From Bacteroidia bacterium (GTDB taxonomy: Bacteria; Bacteroidota; Bacteroidia; Bacteroidales; VadinHA17): a stretch of DNA of 64,000 bases. The notes under the pieces are model-generated. The model saw only the letters and a list, made by a program, of their open reading frames with translations. It was not told the origin of the DNA and made no database searches. The translations under genes and the position numbers were made by a program. The DNA lies in assembly GCA_026391595.1 (NCBI GenBank), contig JAPLDY010000175.1, positions 11,604 through 75,603 of the forward strand. The letters run 5' to 3'. Below are positions 1 to 7,123 of this stretch, piece by piece. How positions within the stretch are numbered: position 1 is the first letter of the stretch; every line of letters begins with the position of its first letter.

Positions 1-1
1 T

Positions 2-661
2 TTGAAAAAGATCTCGAAATTTAATCCTGAAATAGTAATTGATGGCGGCGCCAATGTCGGACTATATTCTTTAATAACCAATCAGATTGTACCTGGTTGT
101 AAAATATACGCCTTCGAACCTGTAGAATCGACCTATGATAAAATGGTAAAAAACATTAATGAACATAATAAGATAATCCCTGTCATGAAAGGATTATTCT
201 GCGAAAATTGTTCTCACGAAATAAATATATTTCATTCTGATGACCATTCCTCACTATATGATGTCCAGGGACCATCATATGAATTAAATCATAAACAAAC
301 TATAGAACTTATCCGTGGAGATGATTTTATGAAGGAGAACAATATTGAATTTATCGACGTATTAAAACTTGATGTTGAAGGTGCGGAATATGATGCCCTT
401 CTTGGATTTGAAAATAGTATCAGGAATGGCAAAATAAAATTAATCCAGTTTGAATACGGATATATAAACATAACAACAAAAAAGTTGCTGATTGACTATT
501 ATAATTTTTTTGAAGAGAAGGGATATGTCGTAGGAAAGATCTTTCCTAAGAAAGTTGAATTCAGGGAATACAGTTTCATCCATGAAGATTTTATCGGACC
601 TAATTTCGTTGCTGTTAAAAAAACAGAAACTGAATTAATATCTTCATTAAGCCAGAACTAA
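2..661 (+). CDS. FkbM-family SAM-dependent methyltransferase (5' end probably cut by window edge)
   Basis: ORF is open from the window edge. It has the glycine-rich 'VIDGGANVGLYS' motif and 'LKLDVEGAEYDAL', both typical of FkbM/TIGR01444 methyltransferases. Confidence 0.75.
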   Translation: MKKISKFNPEIVIDGGANVGLYSLITNQIVPGCKIYAFEPVESTYDKMVKNINEHNKIIPVMKGLFCENCSHEINIFHSDDHSSLYDVQGPSYELNHKQTIELIRGDDFMKENNIEFIDVLKLDVEGAEYDALLGFENSIRNGKIKLIQFEYGYINITTKKLLIDYYNFFEEKGYVVGKIFPKKVEFREYSFIHEDFIGPNFVAVKKTETELISSLSQN

Positions 662-674
662 TATACATATTACC

Positions 675-752
675 GATGCTTCCGGAACATTATTACCTCC
701 TTGTCAAAAAAACTTGACTTGTCTTTTCTTTTGTCATAACTTGCTTATACAA
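675..752 (+). promoter_or_regulatory. Conserved upstream block plus promoter of fibre paralog 1 (TTG 714-716, TAACTTGC 737-744, A7 tract 706-712)
   Basis: The 78 bp are about 91% identical to 6945-7023 upstream of paralog 2. The 20-nt spacing between the TTG and TAAC boxes matches the other promoters in the window. Confidence 0.6.
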
Positions 753-786
753 TTCTTTAGTTTTCAAAGTTCTAATACCTATTGCT

Positions 787-3363
787 ATGAAAACAAAACT
801 CTCCCTAATTATCCTTTTATCTTTTGTCTTTTGTCTTTTATCTTCTCAAGTCCCGCAGGGCTTTAACTACCAGGCTATCGCCCGTGACGGATCTGGCAAC
901 ATATTGCCAAACACACCTCTGCAGGCAATGATGTATATTCAGTCTCTGTCAACAGGGGGAACAATCTTCTGGAAGGAACTGCATTCAACAATAACAACAA
1001 ATAGTTTCGGCCTCTTCACTCTTGTTGTCGGGACAGGCACCAGACAAACGGCGAGCACAGTAGCAACGTTCAACCTTATTGATTGGAGTGTCACTCCGAA
1101 ATACCTGAAAACGGAGATCTATTATTCAGGCTCCTGGAAAGACATGGGTACATCTCAGCTAATGTCAGTTCCATATTCAATGACTGCCGGTGATCTTGCC
1201 GGATCCATTGACAAGCTGGCTGTAAAGGGAACTACATCAGGACTCGAAGATGCACTGTTTGAAGTAAAAAACAAAGATGGGCAAACAGTTTTTGCAGTTT
1301 ACAATGAGGGAGTAAGAATTTATGTCAGTGATGGAGCCAAGGCAGTTAAAGGAGGTTTTGCGGTGGGGGGCTTCGGAACTGATAAGGCAGAATCGACAAA
1401 ATATCTTTTTGTGGGAAAAGACAGCGTTAGAGTTTATCTCGATACCAATCCTCTTACAAAAAAACTAAAAGGTGGTTTTGCAGTGGGAGGTTACGATCTG
1501 ACCAAGGGAACTGTTGTCCAGGACTATCTTGATGTTAATTCCGATAGTGTGAGGATATATATTGATTCAAACCCTGCCACAAAGAAAGTTAAAGGAGGGT
1601 TTGCGGTTGGTGGGTATGATATGACGAAAGGTGCTGGTTTAAAGTTTCTTAAAGTTACCCCTGACAGCACAAGAATTGTTACTTCAGATACTCTTACAGG
1701 ATTTGGAGTCAGTAATATTTCATCAGGTAATGCTTTAGGTTATCTCAGATTGACTCCTTCAAACTATTTTATAGGGCATCAGGCTGGTAAAAGTATTACT
1801 TCAGGATTATATAACTCGGTTATAGGATATAAATCAGGGTACTCTTTAGTAAATGGTAAATCAAATTCATTTATAGGGTATAAAGCAGGATATTTAAATA
1901 TTTCCGGGAATTATAATGTCTTTATCGGAAATGAAGCTGGATTTAAAAACAACGGTTCAATGAATACTTTTATCGGATATATTTCCGGAAGAAGTAATAC
2001 GACGGGGTTTTATAATAGTTTTTTTGGTGATAGTACAGGATATTCAAATACATCAGGTTATGATAACACTTATTTGGGTGGTCGTGCAGGATTCACAAAT
2101 ACTACAGGGGGGTTTAACACATTTATTGGCGCAATGGCGGGATATTATAATACTGTTGGAAATTCAAATACAGCAACGGGCTCCTATGCTCTTTATTCAA
2201 ATACAACTGGATGGGGAAATACAGCAAATGGATATTATGCACTTATGTCAAATAAGGTTGCAACTTTGTGTACTGCAATTGGGTATGAAGCACTTCAGTC
2301 AAGTACAACTGGAATTTGGAATACAGCAATAGGTAGTGTAGCACTTCAGTCAAACATAGACGGAAGTTATAATACAGCAACTGGTGGAAGTGCACTTCAA
2401 GCAAACATTTCAGGCCATGATAATACTGCAACAGGCTATTGTGCTCTTGCTTTAAACACAACTGGTATTTTTAATACTGCATTTGGCGCTGGAGCATTAA
2501 CTTTTAATACAACTGGAAATAGTAATACAGCAATTGGCACGGGTGCACTTCATGAAAATAAGACTGGATCTAATAATACGGCTAATGGCAAAAATACACT
2601 TAGCTCAAATACAAAAGGTAACTTTAATACTGCTGTCGGCTTTAACTCACTTAATTCGGATACAACGGGAAGTAACAATACAGCAATTGGATATATGGCT
2701 GGTGGCCAAATTAGAAACGGAAACGGAAACGTCTTCCTAGGATTCTATGCTGGTTATTATGAAACCGGTTCAAATAAACTTTTTATTGATAATCAACAAA
2801 GAGCAAGTGAAGCTGATGCCAGGCAAAAGGCTTTAATTTATGGCATATTTGATGCAAATCCAGCAAACCAGGTTCTAACAATAAATGGGAATGTTGGAAT
2901 TAAAATAGCCCCGACTCATTTAATTCATCTCTCTGGTGGGGCATATTCTGATGGAGCAACATGGACTAACTCTTCTGACAAAAACCTAAAAGAGAATTTC
3001 GAACCAGTAGACGGAGCGATAATAATCAATCTAATTGATCAGATGCCAGTTACCAAGTGGAACTATAAAACAGATAGTCCTGCAATAAAGCATATAGGTC
3101 CTGTCGCCCAAGATTTCTATGCAATATTCGGTTTAGGCAACGATGATAAATCGATCTCTTCTATTGATCCATCAGGTATTGCACTTGTTGCAATCAAAGA
3201 ATTATCCCAAAAAAACAAATCATTGAAGTTACAGCTCGAATCCTATAAATCAGAAAACGACGATCTCAAATTCCGGCTTCAGACACTTGAGGAAGAGGTT
3301 GGACAGATTAAATCCCTTGTCAACAACCTTATAGCCAATCAGACAGCGCAGGTGAAGGAATAA
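787..3363 (+). CDS. Tail-fibre-like secreted protein, paralog 1 (YadA-like repeat core, S74 intramolecular-chaperone C-terminus)
   Basis: Signal peptide MKTKLSLIILLSFVFCLLSS|Q. The N-terminal ~130 aa are shared with three paralogs. It has about three ~41-aa 'DSVRIY..KKLKGGFAVGGYD.TKG' repeats and many short 'YN.F.G..AG' / 'NTA.G..AL' repeats (Hep_Hag/YadA-head-like). From nt 2971, 'SSDKNLKENF..GPVAQDFYAIFG..IALVAIKEL' fits the peptidase S74 / endosialidase chaperone domain (PF13884). The tail is a coiled coil. Confidence 0.8.
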   Translation: MKTKLSLIILLSFVFCLLSSQVPQGFNYQAIARDGSGNILPNTPLQAMMYIQSLSTGGTIFWKELHSTITTNSFGLFTLVVGTGTRQTASTVATFNLIDWSVTPKYLKTEIYYSGSWKDMGTSQLMSVPYSMTAGDLAGSIDKLAVKGTTSGLEDALFEVKNKDGQTVFAVYNEGVRIYVSDGAKAVKGGFAVGGFGTDKAESTKYLFVGKDSVRVYLDTNPLTKKLKGGFAVGGYDLTKGTVVQDYLDVNSDSVRIYIDSNPATKKVKGGFAVGGYDMTKGAGLKFLKVTPDSTRIVTSDTLTGFGVSNISSGNALGYLRLTPSNYFIGHQAGKSITSGLYNSVIGYKSGYSLVNGKSNSFIGYKAGYLNISGNYNVFIGNEAGFKNNGSMNTFIGYISGRSNTTGFYNSFFGDSTGYSNTSGYDNTYLGGRAGFTNTTGGFNTFIGAMAGYYNTVGNSNTATGSYALYSNTTGWGNTANGYYALMSNKVATLCTAIGYEALQSSTTGIWNTAIGSVALQSNIDGSYNTATGGSALQANISGHDNTATGYCALALNTTGIFNTAFGAGALTFNTTGNSNTAIGTGALHENKTGSNNTANGKNTLSSNTKGNFNTAVGFNSLNSDTTGSNNTAIGYMAGGQIRNGNGNVFLGFYAGYYETGSNKLFIDNQQRASEADARQKALIYGIFDANPANQVLTINGNVGIKIAPTHLIHLSGGAYSDGATWTNSSDKNLKENFEPVDGAIIINLIDQMPVTKWNYKTDSPAIKHIGPVAQDFYAIFGLGNDDKSISSIDPSGIALVAIKELSQKNKSLKLQLESYKSENDDLKFRLQTLEEEVGQIKSLVNNLIANQTAQVKE

Positions 3364-3373
3364 CCTATTATCA

Positions 3374-3400
3374 GTTCCCGGATTAACTTCGGGGGCTTTT
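3374..3400 (+). terminator. Putative rho-independent terminator after paralog 1
   Basis: Hairpin gttcccgg/tcgggggc (includes G-U pairs) followed by TTTT. The 3' flank 'taacctatt.tcag.tcccgg' is shared with the 3' flank of paralog 2. Confidence 0.45.
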
Positions 3401-3412
3401 ACTTTAAATTAA

Positions 3413-3444
3413 TTTGACTTTGGCTTTTTCTTGGTGTAACTTTA
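3413..3444 (+). promoter_or_regulatory. Bacteroidota-type promoter (TTTG 3413-3416, TAACTTTA 3437-3444)
   Basis: TTTG-N20-TAnnTTTn arrangement about 90 nt upstream of the 3534 start codon. Confidence 0.6.
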
Positions 3445-3533
3445 TATACGAATTGGCTTTGTAAAATTTCAAGGGAAATTGAAATTGCCGACACTTGTTT
3501 CAACTTCTTTATATTAACTAAAAACATTAACCT

Positions 3534-4043
3534 ATGAAAAAAATTTATTTCATCATTCTTTCATGTGTATTCCTATTAAATTATGCCTGTAAACCGAAAG
3601 TTGATATTGAAAAAGAAACAGAAGCTATCAAAGCTCTGATTCATAGTGAAACTCAAGCATTTCTCCTGAACGATACTGCAAAAGTTCTATCTTATTATAT
3701 TCAGGATGACTATCAGACACGTTTAAATGCAAGTTGCGACACAATTGAACTTTATAAAGGATGGAAAGAGGTATCAACATTTTTTAAGAATGTTAACCTA
3801 TCCGGGATGAGCAATCCTAAGAATACAAAAGACTTTATTCAAATAAAGGTTATAGATGATGCAGCGTGGGCAATATATAAGGATAATTGGACATATTCTA
3901 TAGTTAAAACTGTATCTGTGCCAGGTAGTACGAAAGACACTATCATAACCATTACAGGAAATTTGTTTTGCACAATGAATCTTGAGAAGAAAGTGAATGA
4001 ATGGAAAATTTCAAGTTTTTCAATTTATAGCCCAAACAATTAG
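3534..4043 (+). CDS. Small lipoprotein, SnoaL/DUF4440-like (NTF2 fold) guess
   Basis: Lipobox 'LLNYAC'. 'EKETEAIKALIHSETQAFLLNDTAKVLSYY' resembles the N-terminal helices of DUF4440/SnoaL-like proteins. Confidence 0.5.
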   Translation: MKKIYFIILSCVFLLNYACKPKVDIEKETEAIKALIHSETQAFLLNDTAKVLSYYIQDDYQTRLNASCDTIELYKGWKEVSTFFKNVNLSGMSNPKNTKDFIQIKVIDDAAWAIYKDNWTYSIVKTVSVPGSTKDTIITITGNLFCTMNLEKKVNEWKISSFSIYSPNN

Positions 4044-4088
4044 ACCTTAATTTACCTGAGAAGTATATATGCCTTTCAAAATAGTAAA

Positions 4089-4114
4089 GCCATCGGATCA
4101 ATCCGGGGGCTTTT
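4089..4114 (+). terminator. Rho-independent terminator
   Basis: gccatcgga-tcaa-tccgggggc hairpin followed by TTTT. Confidence 0.55.
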
Positions 4115-4127
4115 CATTTAAAATAAA

Positions 4128-4159
4128 TTTGACATTGGCATATACGGGGCGTAACTTTG
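4128..4159 (+). promoter_or_regulatory. Bacteroidota-type promoter (TTTG 4128-4131, TAACTTTG 4152-4159)
   Basis: Consensus -33 TTTG and -7 TAnnTTTG boxes with a 20-nt spacer. Confidence 0.65.
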
Positions 4160-4205
4160 ATAACAATACTAACTGATTTTGAATTAATAACTAAAGTCTG
4201 TAATT

Positions 4206-4631
4206 ATGAAAAAATCTGTTTTCTTAAGTCTGATTATCGCACTAATAATTGGAAGTTGCTCTCAAGAAAAGAACTCTCCAATTGAAGGTGCCTGGAAACT
4301 TATATCAGGTAATTATACAACACCAGATACGGTTGAAAATTATCCTTTATCAAGTAACAATATGAAAATCATTGATAAGAAATATTTTTCTACAATTTGG
4401 CAGGACACAACCATGGATAAATCTAATTGGTGGTCCTCTGGATTCAATGGAGGTACATATACAATTGAAAACGGAGTATATACAGAATATTTATTGTACT
4501 TTAGTCTACCCTCAAATATTGGAAATAAGGCTGCATTTAAAGCAGAAATTAAGAATGATACATTGATATTGACGTATATTTTTAAGAAAGCTGGATATTC
4601 TAATGTTGAGAAATGGAAGAGATTAGAATAG
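4206..4631 (+). CDS. Small lipoprotein, lipocalin-like guess
   Basis: Lipobox 'IIGSC'. 'IEGAWKLISGNYTTPD' is typical of the first strand of Bacteroidota lipocalin-like domains. Confidence 0.5.
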   Translation: MKKSVFLSLIIALIIGSCSQEKNSPIEGAWKLISGNYTTPDTVENYPLSSNNMKIIDKKYFSTIWQDTTMDKSNWWSSGFNGGTYTIENGVYTEYLLYFSLPSNIGNKAAFKAEIKNDTLILTYIFKKAGYSNVEKWKRLE

Positions 4632-4661
4632 TTTCAGGAAATTAACACTTAATGACAATAG

Positions 4662-4692
4662 TTTACTACTTGCCTCCGGAAATCAGCTCCGG
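4662..4692 (+). terminator. Rho-independent terminator (dispersed repeat copy)
   Basis: gcctccgga-aatcagc-tccgggggc hairpin plus T6. It is near-identical to 35534-35564. Confidence 0.75.
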
Positions 4693-4755
4693 GGGCTTTT
4701 TTATTCTAAATATGGTGATCACCAGCCCTGGTCCGGGAGCTTTAATATGAATTAT

Positions 4756-4786
4756 TTTGACTTTGGTTTTGCAAGACGTAACTTTG
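4756..4786 (+). promoter_or_regulatory. Bacteroidota-type promoter (TTTG 4756-4759, TAACTTTG 4779-4786)
   Basis: Consensus boxes with a 19-nt spacer. It would give a ~180-nt leader before the 4972 start. Confidence 0.55.
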
Positions 4787-4971
4787 GTATAAGAGATAAA
4801 GGGACTGAAGATATATTTACACACTCATTATAGTGCATTATCGGCATTTTTAGTACATTAATAAACTCGTTAGGTGCTAAGTGACAACGGATTGCAGGAA
4901 ATAGAGTTTCTTGATTAAAAGAAGTATTATAGTGATATAGTGAGAGAATTTAAAATTCAAAACTTACTTCA

Positions 4972-6441
4972 ATGGAAAAATCAAAAATGATTCTATTACT
5001 ATTCATATTAAGTTTTGGAACACTTGTTTTAAAGTCGCAATCCCTGACATCTAAACAAGCGACATCTATCGAGACATCTTTTTTGAAAGAAATGGAAGAG
5101 GCTAGAATTCCCGGGTTAGCATTGGGTATAATTAATAACAACAATATCGTATATGAACAATACTTTGGAGTCACAAATATCGATACTGAAATTCCCTTGA
5201 CAGACTCAACAATCTTTCAAGTCGCATCTATCACAAAGATTTTTACCTCATTAGCCCTGCTAACAGAACTTGAAAAAGCCAAAATTAGTGCTAATGCGCA
5301 TATCGGTGACTTAATTAAAGGTCTTCCCCCGAAAATATCACAGTTGACATATCACCAGCTCCTTACTCATACAAGTGGATTGATAGATTATATACCATCA
5401 GCCACGGACAGCAATATAGATACCTATACTTTTTTTAAAATCCATGGTGATAGTCTTCTTTTTGCAGAGCCGGGGACTATATTCTCCTATTCAAATACAG
5501 GTTATGCACTAGCAGGTTTTGCTTTGGAAACACTTTGTAGGAAAACTTATTGTCAGGCGATTCAAGATATCATAATCAAACCTTTGAAGATGACCAATAC
5601 CACTTTTAATTTTAATGAGGTTATTCAAAAGTCATATTCATTTGGTCATCTTTATGACCCTGTCTTAAAAAAAATGTTACCATCAATGAATCATTTTGAA
5701 CCACAAATAATCCAACCAGCTGCAGGAATATTCAGCACAATTCATGACCTTGAAAGGCTAGCTCTTTGCTTGATGAACGATGGAGAATCGGATAATAAAC
5801 CTGTTTTTGATAGGGAAATCATTGAAAAAATGTCAACCAGATATATAAAAAACTTTGCAATTACCGGACCATCTTATGAATTCCAGATCTACCCGAATAA
5901 TGCTTACGGTTATGGTTTAGTAATGTTCAGTTATGGCAGGCTAAGGTTATCCGGGCACATAGGTTCTGGTTCACAATTAACTTATTTTATGTGTGAACCG
6001 AAAAGGAAATTTGCATTGATTATGATCAGCAATCGCCAAGCTGACTACCCGATCAATACAATAAAAAATATTTTCAATATTGTTCTAGAGGAAAAAGGAT
6101 CTCAATTTAAAGTACCTTCTGAAAATAAAAGTGAATGGAGTGAAATTACTGGTAATTATGTGTTGCATACGTTAGAGCCAAAGAATGAGAGTCGCATAGA
6201 AATATCTGAGACGGAAGGGATGCTGTATATTAAGTTTGATGCCAAAGAAAAAATGGTGTTGCAACAGATCGGATACCTGAAATACCAGTTTCCGGACCCA
6301 GCGTTAAGATTTCCTCTCAAAATTGCTTTTTATCGTGACAAGTCCGGGAAAGTTAAGTACCTGAGATATCAATGGAGAACCTGGGAAAAAACACACTCGA
6401 CTAACTTACTAAATCCATTTCCAGTAAGCTCTGATCCATAA
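4972..6441 (+). CDS. Serine hydrolase of the beta-lactamase / PBP (class C-like) family, secreted
   Basis: Signal peptide ending 'LKSQ'. Motifs are SxxK 'ASITK', YxN 'YSNTGY' and 'HIGSGS' in place of KTG. Confidence 0.8.
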   Translation: MEKSKMILLLFILSFGTLVLKSQSLTSKQATSIETSFLKEMEEARIPGLALGIINNNNIVYEQYFGVTNIDTEIPLTDSTIFQVASITKIFTSLALLTELEKAKISANAHIGDLIKGLPPKISQLTYHQLLTHTSGLIDYIPSATDSNIDTYTFFKIHGDSLLFAEPGTIFSYSNTGYALAGFALETLCRKTYCQAIQDIIIKPLKMTNTTFNFNEVIQKSYSFGHLYDPVLKKMLPSMNHFEPQIIQPAAGIFSTIHDLERLALCLMNDGESDNKPVFDREIIEKMSTRYIKNFAITGPSYEFQIYPNNAYGYGLVMFSYGRLRLSGHIGSGSQLTYFMCEPKRKFALIMISNRQADYPINTIKNIFNIVLEEKGSQFKVPSENKSEWSEITGNYVLHTLEPKNESRIEISETEGMLYIKFDAKEKMVLQQIGYLKYQFPDPALRFPLKIAFYRDKSGKVKYLRYQWRTWEKTHSTNLLNPFPVSSDP

Positions 6442-6944
6442 CGTTATACAGGTGATAATTTAACAAAAACCCAGCAGCTGAGACGGCCGGTATTATTAAT
6501 GGGCTCGTCACATTTATTGCTTTTGCTCCTGCACCCTTGACAGATTTGTAACAGTCAACCAAACCTGTATAGGTAACTTTCATTACTACAATAATTGATA
6601 TTTCTAAAAACTGGATCCATAATCCCGGGCAAAATGGTATAGAAAAAATATTACCACCCATACCTTTGCTATTCAAGGAGTAGATTCGGATTATGTTGAA
6701 TCTTGTGTAGGTCAACAACTCAACCTCAAGTTGAGTAGTCCTCGTAATCAGGACTTTACACTTAGCATTGACTTTGTAAAACCACCCCAGCTTCGCTCAT
6801 TCCGGCTGATAACGGGTTAAAGAGTAATTAAATCTCGATCACAAACAAGATTAGCCCTCGGAACACTGTGGGCTTCTTACTTTAATTAAATGTCGGAGTT
6901 TTAATACTGGTAATTGGTTAAATGGATTTGTCATAAGATTATCC

Positions 6945-7023
6945 ATGCTTCCAGAACATTATTCCCTCCTCGTCAAAAAAAACTTGACTTGCCTCTTCTT
7001 TTGTCATAACTTGCTTATACAAA
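6945..7023 (+). promoter_or_regulatory. Conserved upstream block plus promoter of fibre paralog 2 (TTG 6984-6986, TAACTTGC 7007-7014, A8 tract)
   Basis: Homologous to 675-752. Same box spacing. Confidence 0.6.
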
Positions 7024-7087
7024 TTATTTGTTTTTAACGAATTATTTTTAAATCCCAGGTCTGTAGCTCAATAGCCTTTGTGTCGTT

Positions 7088-7116
7088 GAGCCGCTGCACC
7101 TCTGAGCCGTAAAGCC
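7088..7116. repeat. Short GC-rich 'CTGCACC/CTGAGCC' repeat in the 5' leader of paralog 2
   Basis: The 20 nt 'ccgctgcacctctgagccgt' (7091-7110) are identical to 49413-49432. Related copies lie at 39822-39861 and 42966-42995. Confidence 0.7.
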
Positions 7117-7123
7117 TTTTATT

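Noticed and set aside
787-3363. The fibre genes as prophage tail-fibre genes.
   Set aside because: There are no capsid, tail, baseplate, terminase or lysis genes anywhere in the 64 kb. Each gene has a Sec signal peptide followed by Gln, plus its own housekeeping-type promoter and terminator.
6401-6718. A 105-aa minus-strand ORF (or its 60-aa ATG-initiated part 'MKVTYTGLVDCYKSVKGAGAK..').
   Set aside because: It overlaps the 3' end of the beta-lactamase-family gene in antisense. I could find no promoter boxes and recognise no family. It may be real, but I cannot support it.
6700-7123. Invertible promoter (inverton) controlling the fibre genes.
   Set aside because: I could not find inverted repeats flanking the conserved promoter blocks, and no intact recombinase is nearby. 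Promoter orientation is the same (ON) for all four paralogs.
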